From positions 1 to 44,193 of the forward strand of contig JAAOZX010000211.1 in the NCBI GenBank assembly GCA_012274225.1: a stretch of DNA of 44,193 bases, in the 5' to 3' direction. Numbering within the stretch: the first letter of the stretch is position 1; the number at the start of each line of letters is the position of its first letter. This DNA comes from Comamonadaceae bacterium (lineage in GTDB: Bacteria > Pseudomonadota > Gammaproteobacteria > Burkholderiales > Burkholderiaceae_C). Below, in pieces: positions 9,381 through 19,513 of the stretch. Both the position numbers and the translations under genes were made by a program. A model generated the notes under the pieces. That model was not told the origin of the DNA, ran no database searches, and saw only the letters and a list, made by a program, of their open reading frames with translations.

Positions 9381-9447
9381 AGTCTTGCGGCGGTGCCTCC
9401 CTATAGTCAAGAGGTCGACAAGGCAGGTTCACGCGCAAGGAGGCCTC

Positions 9448-9948
9448 ATGTACCAACGAATCCTAGTTCCAATGGACGGCAGCGCCACGTCCGACTGCGG
9501 GGTGCGTGAAGCGATCGCGCTCGGCCGAGGCCAGAAGGTGACGCTGTTCTTCCTGCACGTCGTGGACGATTTCTCGATGCTGGTCGAGATGACGTCGGTG
9601 CGCAGCTACGACGAGATGCTCAAGGGCCTGCGCCAATACGGGCTCGAATTGCTGGCCAAGGCCAGGCGTGCCGCCGAAGAGGCCGGCGTGCACGGCGAAT
9701 CGCTGCTCCGAGAGGTCACCAATGAGCGGGTCGCCGACGTCATCGTCGAGCAGGCGAAGCAGCATGCGTGCGACGTGATCGTGATGGGAACGCACGGACG
9801 CCGCGGCTTCAGCCGGATTGCGATGGGCAGCGAAGCCGAGCAGGTGGCGCGGACCAGCCCGGTGCCGGTGCTGCTGGTGCGGCAGCCAGGGGAAGTGGTG
9901 GACGCCGAGGTCAAGGCCGCCGGCACGAGCGCCAAAACCAGCAAATAG
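9448..9948 (+). CDS. universal stress protein (UspA family)
   Basis: MYQRILVPMDGS, LHVV and DVIVMGTHGRRG...MGSEAEQV...PVPVLLV motifs; AGGAGG SD. Confidence 0.95.
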   Translation: MYQRILVPMDGSATSDCGVREAIALGRGQKVTLFFLHVVDDFSMLVEMTSVRSYDEMLKGLRQYGLELLAKARRAAEEAGVHGESLLREVTNERVADVIVEQAKQHACDVIVMGTHGRRGFSRIAMGSEAEQVARTSPVPVLLVRQPGEVVDAEVKAAGTSAKTSK

Positions 9949-9963
9949 GGTCGCCGGCCGCCG

Positions 9964-11157
9964 TCAGGGCGCGCGGGTCTTCACTCGCTTGCCGTCGGCA
10001 ACGGCTGACGGTGGATAGACGATCACCGTCTGGTCGGCGACAAGGCCGCTTCGCACCCAGGCATGGGTGCCGTTGCGCCCGCCCACCTCGACCGGTTGGA
10101 GTCGCGCGCGCTTGCCATCCAGCACATAGACCGCCATGGACTGGCCCTGCGGAAAGAGCGCGCCCACCGGCACCAGCAGCGCCGGATCGACGCTGGCGGT
10201 GATCACCCGCACCACCACCCGGAAGCCGTCGCCCATGGCCTGCCATTGCTCGGGCGGGCTGGTGACGTCGATCAGCACGTTCACCCGTTGTTCCTCGATG
10301 CCGAGCGCCGATACCTTGGTGAACGCTGCCGGCTCGACGCGGCGCACCCGCCCTTCCACCGCCGGGCCGCCCCAGCGCTCGATGACCGCGCGCCGGCCCG
10401 GCTGGGCCTGCACGGCGTCGGTGGTGAGCAACTCGCTCAGCACTTCCATCTGCCGCGGATCGCCGACGTCGAGCAGGGCGGTGCCGGCCGGCAGCGTGGC
10501 CTCGCTCGGCTGCGCCACCTTCAGGACAACGCCGGCCACCGGGGACCGGACTTTCAGCGACCCCAGCCTGGTGTCGGCAGCACTGGGCGGGCGCAGCACG
10601 GCGGCCGCCTGCTGCTGCTCGTGAACCGCGAGATCGTGTTCGGCGATCGCCACGTCCAGTTCGCGTTGGGCAGCGGCCAGGGCCAGCCGGTCCGAGTCGA
10701 GCCGCGATCCCGGCAGGAACCCCTCCGCGGCCAGTCGCTCGGTGCGCTGCACCTCCAGCTGGGCCTGCTGCACCGCGATCCGCGTCCGTGCGATCCGGGC
10801 TGCGCCCCGCTCGACGCTGGCCGAAGCGCCCTCCAGTCGGGCCTTCGCTTCCCGGATGCTGCGCTCGTCGACCATCGACGACATCACGGGCGTCAACAGC
10901 GCGACGATATCCCCGGCCGCCACCCGGTCGCCTTCGCGCAAGGAGATGCGCTCCAGGCGTGCCGCGACCGGCGCGGAGATCGTGTAGCGCTGCTTCAGCC
11001 GGGTGCGGCCATCTTCCTCGATGGCCTGCTCGAAGCGGCCCTGCCGGACGGCTGCGACCTCGACCTCGACGGGACGCGGCGCAAAGGCCCAGGCCAGCGC
11101 GGCCACGGCTGCGACCACCCCGGCGAGCCAGCCCCATGTGCTTTTCTTGAAGTCCAC
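9964..11157 (-). CDS. HlyD-family periplasmic adaptor (membrane fusion protein)
   Basis: N-terminal TM anchor, ISAPVAA, coiled hairpin, VRSPVAGVV, TKVSALGIEEQRV; GTG start just after the permease stop. Confidence 0.9.
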   Translation of the reverse strand: MDFKKSTWGWLAGVVAAVAALAWAFAPRPVEVEVAAVRQGRFEQAIEEDGRTRLKQRYTISAPVAARLERISLREGDRVAAGDIVALLTPVMSSMVDERSIREAKARLEGASASVERGAARIARTRIAVQQAQLEVQRTERLAAEGFLPGSRLDSDRLALAAAQRELDVAIAEHDLAVHEQQQAAAVLRPPSAADTRLGSLKVRSPVAGVVLKVAQPSEATLPAGTALLDVGDPRQMEVLSELLTTDAVQAQPGRRAVIERWGGPAVEGRVRRVEPAAFTKVSALGIEEQRVNVLIDVTSPPEQWQAMGDGFRVVVRVITASVDPALLVPVGALFPQGQSMAVYVLDGKRARLQPVEVGGRNGTHAWVRSGLVADQTVIVYPPSAVADGKRVKTRAP

Positions 11158-11159
11158 GG

Positions 11160-13526
11160 CTATTCCCTGGTTTTCAGCGCGGCAACCATGTCCAGCCGAT
11201 CGATGCGCTGGCGCACCACCATCGCGCTGGCCACGCCGGCTGCGACGACGCAAAGGGCGGCGAAGGCGTAGGTGCGGGCGCGAATGATGACCGGAAAATA
11301 GAACTGGTCGGATCGCATGAGTTCCACGATACCGTGCGTCAGACCCCAGCCCAGCGCCATGCCCAGCGGCAGCGCGACGGCAATGCCCAGCGCCAGTTCG
11401 CCGAGCAGCAGCAGCGACACCTCGGCTCGCGTGAAGCCCAGCACGCGCAGGCTGGCCAGTTCCCAGGCGCGCTCGGCCAGGGCGTTGCGCGCGTTGTTGT
11501 AGACCACGCCCACGGCGATCACGGCGGCAAAGCCCGTGAGGATCGCGCTCATGATCAGGATGTTGCGGGCCGTCACTTCCTGCATGTTGCGCAGCATGGT
11601 CGCCTTGCTGAAGGCGCCGGACACGCGGGGCAGGGCCTTCGTCGCTTCCAGGACCTGGTGCTCCTCGCCTTGGGCGATGCGCAGCGTGAACTCAGAGGCG
11701 ACGTCGCCTTCGCCCAGCAACCGGTTGAGCGAGCGGCGCTCCATGTAGGCATTCAGTCCCATCATGTCGCGCACCAGCTGCTGCACCGTCACCTCGCGCA
11801 CCAGCCGGCGGCCTTCGCGCAGCTCGACGGTCACGCTGTCACCCACGCGCAGCCCCAGCTTGTCGGCCAGGCGGTCGCTGATCAGCAACCCTTCGGTGGG
11901 CGGCACGGCGACCCGGCCGTCCACGTCGATCACGCGCTGCAGGTTGGGCGGCGCGGTACGGCCCTGGATCACGCCGGTTTCGCTGCGTTGACCATGCACG
12001 AACCGGACGGCCACGCGGCGCCCGGGCTCGACCTGCAGCACGCCGGGCAGCCGCTCCAGCGCGCGAGTGGCGTCCGCGTCGATGGGATCGACCGTCCACA
12101 TCGCGATGTCGCCGCGCATGCCCAGGTTGAAGTTGGTGTCCAGGATGACGTCGATGGCATCCCGGAAGAAGTTGCCCATGACGACGATCGCCACCGAGGC
12201 GGCGATGCCGCCTACCGTGATCGACGCGCGCAGTGGGCGCCGCTCCACGTTGCGCAGGATCATGCGCAGCGCCGGTCCGGTGTGCAGGCGCGGAATGCGC
12301 TCGAGCAGCGAGCGCCGGTAGCGGCCCGGGACGGGCGGGCGCATCGCCTCCGCCGGCTGCAGCCGCACGGTCGCGGCGATGGCAGTGAGCGTGCCCACCA
12401 GAGCGGTGACTGCCACGACGCCCAGGCTCACGGTCACAAGTTCGGAGGGCACGACATGCACGAATACCGGGAAGCGGAAGACCTCGTCGTACAGGCCCAT
12501 CAGCGACAATCCCAGCCATTTGCCGAGCGCCAGGCCCAGCAGCCAGCCGCCGGCGGCCATGGGCGTGATCAGCTTGAGGTAGTGCAGGGCGATGGTGCGG
12601 TTGGGATACCCGAGCGCCTTGAGCGCCGCCACCTGCTCGCGCTGGGTCGCGACCAGCCGCGCCGTGACGACGTGCAGCAGGAAGGCGGCCACCGCCAGGA
12701 AGATCGAGGGCAGCACCGTGCCGAGCACCTGCTGCTCGCGGATCTCGGCGTCCAGGATGGCGTGCGACATCTGGTCGACGCGGCCGTTCGCCGGCAATCC
12801 GCCGAACGCGGCGAGCTGCCGGCTCACCGCATCGACGGTCGCCGGCTCCGACGTGCCGGGCGCCAGCTTGATCGCCACGCGGTTGAACGCGCCCTGCATG
12901 TCCAGCGCCGCGGCGAGCTCGTCGGCATCGAGCCAGAACACGCCGAAGGCACGCGCATCGGGCATGCCCCACATGCCGGCGAAGATGTACTCGGGCGACA
13001 GCGCCGTGCCGGTGATGAGCAGGCGTCGCTGCTTGCCGTTGACCAGCGCCGATACGAAGGAGCCGGGTGTGAGCTGATGGGCCTGCGCGAACACCTCGGT
13101 CACCACGGCGTCGAGTTCGCCGCCGGCCCGCGTGCCCGGCTCGGGCAGGCGGCCTGAACGCAGCGACACGCGGTTCAGGCGCTGCGGGTGGCGGGTGTCC
13201 AGTCCGATCAGCTGGCCGATCACCGGGTCGGTGCTGTCCGGCACCGTGACGCGCGCCCCCGCCTCGACGGTCGCCTGGACGTCGACCACCCCGGGCAGCT
13301 CGGCCAGCCGTCGCGCCTGCGCCAGCGGCGCGCGCTTGACGGTGGCAAAGACGTCGGCGAAGTGGCCAATCTCGTAGAAGCGTTCGCGGGCGAGCGACAG
13401 CGACTCGACGGCCGACAGGCAGCCCACGAAACCGCCGATACCGCTGCCGATCACCAGCGCGATGGTGACGGCCTGGCTCCACAGCAGCCTGAGGTCCCTG
13501 AACACCTTGCGGTCGAGCGCCTTCAT
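11160..13526 (-). CDS. FtsX/MacB-like ABC transporter permease (duplicated domains)
   Basis: two MacB-PCD plus FtsX halves, with QREQVAALKALGY and ERAWELASLRVLGF motifs. Confidence 0.9.
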   Translation of the reverse strand: MKALDRKVFRDLRLLWSQAVTIALVIGSGIGGFVGCLSAVESLSLARERFYEIGHFADVFATVKRAPLAQARRLAELPGVVDVQATVEAGARVTVPDSTDPVIGQLIGLDTRHPQRLNRVSLRSGRLPEPGTRAGGELDAVVTEVFAQAHQLTPGSFVSALVNGKQRRLLITGTALSPEYIFAGMWGMPDARAFGVFWLDADELAAALDMQGAFNRVAIKLAPGTSEPATVDAVSRQLAAFGGLPANGRVDQMSHAILDAEIREQQVLGTVLPSIFLAVAAFLLHVVTARLVATQREQVAALKALGYPNRTIALHYLKLITPMAAGGWLLGLALGKWLGLSLMGLYDEVFRFPVFVHVVPSELVTVSLGVVAVTALVGTLTAIAATVRLQPAEAMRPPVPGRYRRSLLERIPRLHTGPALRMILRNVERRPLRASITVGGIAASVAIVVMGNFFRDAIDVILDTNFNLGMRGDIAMWTVDPIDADATRALERLPGVLQVEPGRRVAVRFVHGQRSETGVIQGRTAPPNLQRVIDVDGRVAVPPTEGLLISDRLADKLGLRVGDSVTVELREGRRLVREVTVQQLVRDMMGLNAYMERRSLNRLLGEGDVASEFTLRIAQGEEHQVLEATKALPRVSGAFSKATMLRNMQEVTARNILIMSAILTGFAAVIAVGVVYNNARNALAERAWELASLRVLGFTRAEVSLLLLGELALGIAVALPLGMALGWGLTHGIVELMRSDQFYFPVIIRARTYAFAALCVVAAGVASAMVVRQRIDRLDMVAALKTRE

Positions 13527-13566
13527 GTCAGTCCGGCGGAACGCAGAGCGCGTGGGTGCATCATTT

Positions 13567-14298
13567 TCACCATGAGAGCTCGGCCGGCGTCAGGCGACGC
13601 GGCGGCACTTCGATGCTGGCGATGCGCCCATCGGAGAGGCGGATCACGCGATCGGCCATCCCGGCGATCGCGGCGTTGTGCGTGATGATGACGGCGGTGG
13701 TCCCCAGCTCCCGGTTGATGTTGGCGATGACTTCCAGCACCAGCTTGCCGGTGACGTAGTCGAGCGCCCCGGTCGGCTCGTCGCACAGCAGCAGCTGCGG
13801 TCGCTTGACGATGGCGCGCGCGATGGCCACACGCTGCCGCTCACCGCCGGACAGTTGCGAGGGAAAGTGGTCGCGCCGCGGCGCCAGCGCCACCAGTTGC
13901 AACGCCTCGTCGACCGGCATGGGGTTGCTGGCGATGTCGGTGACCAGGGCCACGTTCTCGTGCACCGTCAGGCTGGGAATGAGGTTGTAGAACTGAAAGA
14001 CGAAGCCCACATGTTCGCGCCGGTAGCGCGTGAGTTCGTCGTCGGAAGCATCGGTGAGGCAATAGTCAAAGAAGCGGACATCGCCGCTGGTGGGACGGTC
14101 GAGTCCGCCCAGGATGTTCAACAGCGTCGACTTGCCGCTGCCGGAGGCGCCGAGCAGCACGATGAATTCGCCGCTGCGCACGTCCAGGTCGACATTCCTC
14201 AGGGCATTCACCGCGGCTTCGCCGCTGCCATAGGTCTTGCACAGCGACCGGAGGCTGAGCACCGGGGCGTCGGAGATTTTCGCCGGTGCCCGGTCCAC
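13567..14298 (-). CDS. ABC transporter ATP-binding protein (LolD/MacB type)
   Basis: Walker [10 protein letters not shown], signature LSGGE, Walker [13 protein letters not shown] switch. Confidence 0.95.
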   Translation of the reverse strand: MDRAPAKISDAPVLSLRSLCKTYGSGEAAVNALRNVDLDVRSGEFIVLLGASGSGKSTLLNILGGLDRPTSGDVRFFDYCLTDASDDELTRYRREHVGFVFQFYNLIPSLTVHENVALVTDIASNPMPVDEALQLVALAPRRDHFPSQLSGGERQRVAIARAIVKRPQLLLCDEPTGALDYVTGKLVLEVIANINRELGTTAVIITHNAAIAGMADRVIRLSDGRIASIEVPPRRLTPAELSW

Positions 14299-14308
14299 GG
14301 GAAGGCCC

Positions 14309-14737
14309 CTATTGCACGGTCACTTTGCGCGAAGCGGCGGTGGTCTTCTTGGGCAGCTGCAGGGTCAGCACGCCGTCCGCGTATTTCGCCTCGGCCTTGC
14401 TGTCGTCCACGTCGTCGGCCAGGCTGAACGTGCGCGAGACGGTGCCGTAATAGCGCTCGCTGCGCAGAACCTTGTCGCCGTTGCCCTTGGTTTCCTTCTC
14501 CCGCCGGACCTCGGCGTCGATCTGAACGACGTTGCCGTCGATGCGCACGTTGATGTCTTCCTTCCGGACGCCGGGGATGTCGGCCTTGACCTCATAGGCG
14601 TTGTCCTTTTCGGCCACGTCAATGCGCATCTTCAACGCCGGGGCTTCAGTCTCCATGGCGACGGGCGCGAAGAAGCGGCGCAGTGCCGTCTCGAAGTTGT
14701 CGCTGAACGCCGGATCCAGTAAACGAAGCGAGCTCAT
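14309..14737 (-). CDS. Hsp20 / alpha-crystallin small heat-shock protein
   Basis: [17 protein letters not shown]...[19 protein letters not shown] and C-terminal VTV motif; GAGG SD. Confidence 0.95.
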   Translation of the reverse strand: MSSLRLLDPAFSDNFETALRRFFAPVAMETEAPALKMRIDVAEKDNAYEVKADIPGVRKEDINVRIDGNVVQIDAEVRREKETKGNGDKVLRSERYYGTVSRTFSLADDVDDSKAEAKYADGVLTLQLPKKTTAASRKVTVQ

Positions 14738-14781
14738 GGTATTACCTCTCTGAACGAGTGGGAGAAACGGCCGGCCGCTAT

Positions 14782-15435
14782 TCAGCCGACCACCTGGAGA
14801 TGGTCCACGACATGCGACACGCCGTGCGCGGAGAAGGCGACGCCGACCGCGGCGTCGTGCTCCGCCATCGAGTGGACCTTGCCGCTCAATGTGACGATGC
14901 CGCCCTCGACTTCGATGCCGATGTTCCTGGCCTCGCGGGTGGCCTGCCGTGTCAGGGCGGCGGTAATCTCGGAGGCGATGTCCTTGCTCTGAACCCGGGG
15001 CTTGACGGTGATCTTGTTGAAGAGGCCGCGCACGCCAGCCAGCGGCCGGATGCATTGTTCCGCGCTGGCGAGCTGGTAGCCCCAGTCGACCTCACCGGTC
15101 AGCGTGACCCAGCCTTTCTCGACTTCGACCTTGACCTGGCCGCGCGGCACCAGCGTATTGAGCGCCAGCCCCGCCGTCGCCGCGCCGGCGATGTCGGCAT
15201 CGGTGCGCTGGTGCTCGGTCGACAGCTTGACGTCGAGGTCGAGCGCGATGCCGCGCACCCCGGCGACGCGGCGCACCGCGCGCTCGACCGCGTGCTTCTC
15301 CGCGAAACTGTCGAGGTGGCCCGCCAGGGTCACCACGCCGTCCTGCACCATCACACCCACATGGGTGGCGTTGATGGCAGGGTCCCAGGCCAGTTCGTCA
15401 GTGACATCGGCCTTGAGTTGGACGTCGGTCTTCAT
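14782..15435 (-). CDS. triple-BON-domain protein, no signal peptide
   Basis: MKTDVQLKADVTDELAWDP start; three GxVTLxG repeats; AGGAG SD. Confidence 0.9.
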   Translation of the reverse strand: MKTDVQLKADVTDELAWDPAINATHVGVMVQDGVVTLAGHLDSFAEKHAVERAVRRVAGVRGIALDLDVKLSTEHQRTDADIAGAATAGLALNTLVPRGQVKVEVEKGWVTLTGEVDWGYQLASAEQCIRPLAGVRGLFNKITVKPRVQSKDIASEITAALTRQATREARNIGIEVEGGIVTLSGKVHSMAEHDAAVGVAFSAHGVSHVVDHLQVVG

Positions 15436-15517
15436 GGGAGCTCCTTGCGGTGTGCCGCCTTGCGTTGGCTCGCAATGGCGGTCCCGAATAACTCTAGTTC
15501 GGCGTTCCGCTATATCT

Positions 15518-15531
15518 TTGATATGGAGCAA
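15518..15531. promoter_or_regulatory. FNR-type box for the BON-hsp20-ABC unit
   Basis: TTGAT-ATGG-AGCAA; minus-strand TAGAGT (15496-15491) 21 nt away. Confidence 0.75.
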
Positions 15532-15630
15532 TCGACGGTCGGTGCACGCGGGAGCAGGGCGATCACTGACGCGCCGCGATGCGGCGCCAGGCGTGCTCAT
15601 GCTTGCTGCGGTGGCAGCGCTGCGAGCGTC

Positions 15631-16635
15631 TCAGGGAATGAGGACGGCGGCCCCGCTCACCGTGCTGTCGCGCAGGGCCTGGACGGCCGCATTGGCGTCG
15701 GACAGCGCGTACGTCTGAACATGGGTCTGCAGCGAAAGCTCGGCCACCAGCTTGAAGAATGCATCGCCGTCGGCGCGCGTGAGATTGGCCACCGACTTCA
15801 GCACGCGCTCGCCCCACAGCAACCGGTAATCGAAAGACGGGATCGCGCTCATGTGAATTCCTGCGCACACCACGGTTCCGCCTTTGCGCGTCGCCGCCAG
15901 CGCTGTGGGCACGAGCGCGCCGACGGGGGCGAAGATCAGCGCCGCATCGAGCGGCTGCGGCGGCATCTCATCGGAGCCGCCGGCCCAGGTCGCGCCGAGG
16001 CTGCGCGCGAACGCCTGTCCGGCCGAGTCGCCGGCACGGGTGAAGGCGTAGACCTCCTGGCCGCGCGCCACGGCAATCTGGCCAGTGATGTGGGCCGCGG
16101 CGCCGAAGCCGTACAGGCCCAGGCGGTGCGGCGTGGCGGCACCGGCCAGCCGCCACGCGCGAAACCCGATCAGGCCCGCGCACAGCAGCGGCGCGGCATG
16201 CGCATCGTCGTATCGGTCGGGCAGGGCGAAGCAGAAGCGTGAGTCCGCGGACACGTATTGCGCGAAGCCCCCGTCACGGTCGTAGCCGGTGAAGATCGGG
16301 TGGTCGCACAGGTTCTCGCGGTCCATGGCACAGAACGCGCAGTGGCCGCAGGCCTGTCCCAGCCAGGGGATGCCGATGCGCTGGCCGATGGCGAAGGGCC
16401 GGGCCTGCGGTCCGCGCGCCATCACCCTGCCAACGACCTCGTGACCCGGTATGACCGAGGGCCGATGCGGCGGCAGCTCGCCGTCGATGATGTGCAGGTC
16501 GGTGCGACAGACCCCGCAAGCCGCCACCTTGACCAGGACCTCATGGCCATGAGGCTTGGGTACCGGCCGGTCGACGGGCAGCAGCCGCTTCTGCGACGCC
16601 GAAACGGTCATTGCGCACATGGAGGCCGGCAGCAT
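15631..16635 (-). CDS. zinc-dependent alcohol dehydrogenase
   Basis: CGVCRTDLH, PGHEVVG, structural Zn site CGHCAFC...C, LLCAG, GLYGFGAAA; start uncertain. Confidence 0.93.
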   Translation of the reverse strand: MLPASMCAMTVSASQKRLLPVDRPVPKPHGHEVLVKVAACGVCRTDLHIIDGELPPHRPSVIPGHEVVGRVMARGPQARPFAIGQRIGIPWLGQACGHCAFCAMDRENLCDHPIFTGYDRDGGFAQYVSADSRFCFALPDRYDDAHAAPLLCAGLIGFRAWRLAGAATPHRLGLYGFGAAAHITGQIAVARGQEVYAFTRAGDSAGQAFARSLGATWAGGSDEMPPQPLDAALIFAPVGALVPTALAATRKGGTVVCAGIHMSAIPSFDYRLLWGERVLKSVANLTRADGDAFFKLVAELSLQTHVQTYALSDANAAVQALRDSTVSGAAVLIP

Positions 16636-16685
16636 GCGCCATGTTAAACAGACCACCGCGGCAGAGCAGGCGATTCGCAGCGCTG

Positions 16686-16699
16686 TTGACCTCGCGCAA
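16686..16699. promoter_or_regulatory. FNR-type box upstream of phaC
   Basis: TTGAC-CTCG-CGCAA; TACGGT at 16722-16727. Confidence 0.65.
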
Positions 16700-16736
16700 T
16701 TGCGTTTGGCCGGGCACTGACTACGGTTAGTGGGCG

Positions 16737-18515
16737 ATGGCTGTCATCGCGCCCTTGTCGCCCATGGTAACAATCACAGAACGCCCCAACGGCCACGGAC
16801 CCGACCCGACGGACCGCCCGCTCAAGCTGGGGCTGGCCCGGTTGGCGAACGGCATCTCGCCCAGCTCGGTGTCGATGGCTTATGCAGACTGGCTCACCCA
16901 TCTGCTGGTATCGCCGTCCAAACGGGCCGATCTGGCGTCCAGCGCCTTGCGCAAGAGCCTGATGTGGCTGCAGTATTCGAGTCACGCATGGCATGGCGAG
17001 TGCCACCACTGCGTCGATCCGGCGCCCGAGGACAAGCGGTTCTCGCCCAAGGGCTGGGACGTTCCGCCGTTCAGCGCCTTGTCGCAGGCGTTTCTGCTGC
17101 AGGAGCAGTGGTGGAGCGAAGCCGCCCATGGCGTGCGCGGTGTGTCCCGGCACCATGAAGACCTCGTCGGTTTCACCTTGCGGCAATGGCTTGACATGTG
17201 GTCGCCGTCCAATTTCATCGCGACCAATCCGCAGGTTCAACAGCACACACTGGCCGTCGGCGGCACCAACCTGGTCACGGGTTTCGCGAATTGGTCGCGC
17301 GACGCGCTGGCCGTGCTCGGCAACGCCAAGCCGCGCGGTATCGAGCGCTTCCTGCCGGGCAAGGCCGTCGCCCTGACGCCGGGCAAGGTCGTCTTTCGCA
17401 ACCGGCTCATCGAGCTCATTCAGTACGAGCCGGCGACACCCTCGGTCCACAGCCAACCGCTGCTGATCGTCCCGTCCTGGATCATGAAGTACTACATCCT
17501 CGACCTCACGCCCGACGATTCGCTGGTCAAGTACCTCGTGGGACAGGGGCACACGGTGTTCATGGTGTCCTGGCGCAACCCCGGCAGCGAGGATCGCGAC
17601 CTGGGCATGGAGGATTACCTGCAACTGGGCGTGATGGCGGCCGTGAATGCGGTGCGCAAGCGCTATCCTGAGATTGGCATCCACGCCGCCGGCTACTGCC
17701 TGGGCGGAACGCTGTTGGCCATTGCGGCCGCCCTGCTGGGGGGCCGCCCCGGCAACCCGATCAAGACTGTGACGCTACTGGCGAGCGAGGTCGATTTTCA
17801 CGAGCCGGGCGAGTTGGGCCTCTTCATCGACGAAAGCCAGATTGCGTTCCTGGAGGACCTGATGGCCGATCACGGCTATCTGGACGGTCGCCAGATGGCC
17901 GGTGCGTTCCAGCTGATCAATTCGAAGGACCTGGTCTGGTCGAAGCTGGTGTACGAGTACCTGATGGGCGCGCAGACGCCCATGACCGCCATGCGCGCCT
18001 GGAACGCGGACGCGACGCGGCTGCCGGCGCGCATGCACAGCGAGTACTTGCGTCGGCTGTACCTGCACAACGACCTGGCCGAAGGACGCTATCCGACCGA
18101 GGTCGGCCCGGTGTCGCTGGCCGACGTCCGGGTTCCGCTGTTCGTGGTGGCGACCGAGCGCGACCATGTGTCGCCCTGGCGCTCGGTCTACAAGGTGCAG
18201 CGGCTGGTCAGCTCACCGGTCAGTTTTGTGCTGACCTCGGGCGGACACAACGTGGGAATCGTCAATCCACCCGTCGGGCCCATGGCGCATCCGCAGGCGA
18301 GCTATCGCTTCGACTCGCATGCCCACGGCGCCGCGCCCATCGATGCGCAGGCATGGTTCGACGCCGCGCCGACGTTCGCGGGCTCGTGGTGGCCATGCTG
18401 GCACCGCTGGCTGGACCAGCACTCGGCGGGGAAGGTCAAGGCGCAACCGGTGGTGGGGCTGATTCGTTCTGGCAAGCAGATCCTGGCGCCTGGCACCTAT
18501 GTCCATCAGGAATGA
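16737..18515 (+). CDS. phaC: polyhydroxyalkanoate synthase
   Basis: SPSNF..TNP, TPGKVVFRN, KYYILDL, lipase box GYCLGG, catalytic Asp (RDHV) and His (SGGHN), GSWWP, APGTYV; start could be 16764. Confidence 0.93.
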   Translation: MAVIAPLSPMVTITERPNGHGPDPTDRPLKLGLARLANGISPSSVSMAYADWLTHLLVSPSKRADLASSALRKSLMWLQYSSHAWHGECHHCVDPAPEDKRFSPKGWDVPPFSALSQAFLLQEQWWSEAAHGVRGVSRHHEDLVGFTLRQWLDMWSPSNFIATNPQVQQHTLAVGGTNLVTGFANWSRDALAVLGNAKPRGIERFLPGKAVALTPGKVVFRNRLIELIQYEPATPSVHSQPLLIVPSWIMKYYILDLTPDDSLVKYLVGQGHTVFMVSWRNPGSEDRDLGMEDYLQLGVMAAVNAVRKRYPEIGIHAAGYCLGGTLLAIAAALLGGRPGNPIKTVTLLASEVDFHEPGELGLFIDESQIAFLEDLMADHGYLDGRQMAGAFQLINSKDLVWSKLVYEYLMGAQTPMTAMRAWNADATRLPARMHSEYLRRLYLHNDLAEGRYPTEVGPVSLADVRVPLFVVATERDHVSPWRSVYKVQRLVSSPVSFVLTSGGHNVGIVNPPVGPMAHPQASYRFDSHAHGAAPIDAQAWFDAAPTFAGSWWPCWHRWLDQHSAGKVKAQPVVGLIRSGKQILAPGTYVHQE

Positions 18516-18561
18516 GGGGAGTGCCGCGCACATTGGCAGTGCACGATAGCCGCCGCGCGGA

Positions 18562-19044
18562 TCAGGATTTCGCGCGGGAGCCGGCCGCGGCCCGGCGCGG
18601 GAAAAGCTGGCTGACGCCGGGGACCGCCTCGAGCGCCTCGATGGCCGACGCGCTCTCCAGGACGGCGTCTGCGTTCATCAGGTGACTGGCGCATCCCATG
18701 ATTTCGGTCTGGGTCTCGAGCGCCGCGGCGGCGAGTTCCTGCCAGTAACGCGTGGCGCCTTGCAGGTCCTCCTGCAGCAAGCCGAACGGGACCGTCATCA
18801 GGTCGTTCGGGGCGCAGTTTCCGCGCATCTGGTTCGCCGCGGTTTCGTGGCGCGCCGATGCCTGTTGCGCGGCTTGCTGCTGGATGGTGCGCATCGTTTC
18901 GAAGCCGCGGAACATTGCGGCGGACGCATCCATCATCACGGCCAGTTGCTCACGGCCGAAGTCGGCCAGGAAGTCGAAGCCGGAAACCTTGCCTTGGCCA
19001 GCAGCGGCAACGGGTCGTCGGGCCACGCGTGCTTTGGAACTCAT
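18562..19044 (-). CDS. phasin-family (PHA granule-associated) protein
   Basis: Ala/Gln-rich helical protein (REQLA...FRGFETMR..QQQAA...RYWQEL) next to phaC. Confidence 0.65.
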   Translation of the reverse strand: MSSKARVARRPVAAAGQGKVSGFDFLADFGREQLAVMMDASAAMFRGFETMRTIQQQAAQQASARHETAANQMRGNCAPNDLMTVPFGLLQEDLQGATRYWQELAAAALETQTEIMGCASHLMNADAVLESASAIEALEAVPGVSQLFPRRAAAGSRAKS

Positions 19045-19460
19045 GAGTTTTTTCCCTTGGACAGATGCAGCGTAGCACGGCGGGCACCGACGCCGCGGCC
19101 ATGCTCATGGATATCCTGGCAACCGGTGCAAAAGGGTGTTGCCGGCATCGCCATCAGGCGGCGCAGGTCGATCGGTTCGCCGCAGTCGAGGCATTCGCCA
19201 TAGGCTTGCTCGGCCAACCGCTTGCGCGCGGCGATGACCTGCTCGAGCTCTTCCAGCGCGTGGTCGGCCTTGGCTTCGTCCACCACCGACTGGGTTTCCT
19301 CCACCGCCATGTCCTTGAAGTCGAGCACTTCACGCGCCTGTGTCTCGGGTGCCGCCGCCGCGAAATCCCCGGTCGAGCGCAGGATGGTGCGCAGTTCGCT
19401 TTCCCGCTTCGCCAACAGTTTGGTGAAGCGCGGCGCCAGGGTGCGGGTATAGATGTCCAT
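19041..19460 (-). CDS. TraR/DksA-family C4 zinc-finger protein
   Basis: coiled coil with DFKDMA (DxxDxA); YGECLDCGEPI...RL..P.TPFCTGC; GAGG SD before ATG 19460. Confidence 0.88.
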   Translation of the reverse strand: MDIYTRTLAPRFTKLLAKRESELRTILRSTGDFAAAAPETQAREVLDFKDMAVEETQSVVDEAKADHALEELEQVIAARKRLAEQAYGECLDCGEPIDLRRLMAMPATPFCTGCQDIHEHGRGVGARRATLHLSKGKNS

Positions 19461-19513
19461 TGAAACCTCGTAGCGGGGGCCAGTCATTCTGGAAGGCGGC
19501 GCTCCGGCTGTCC

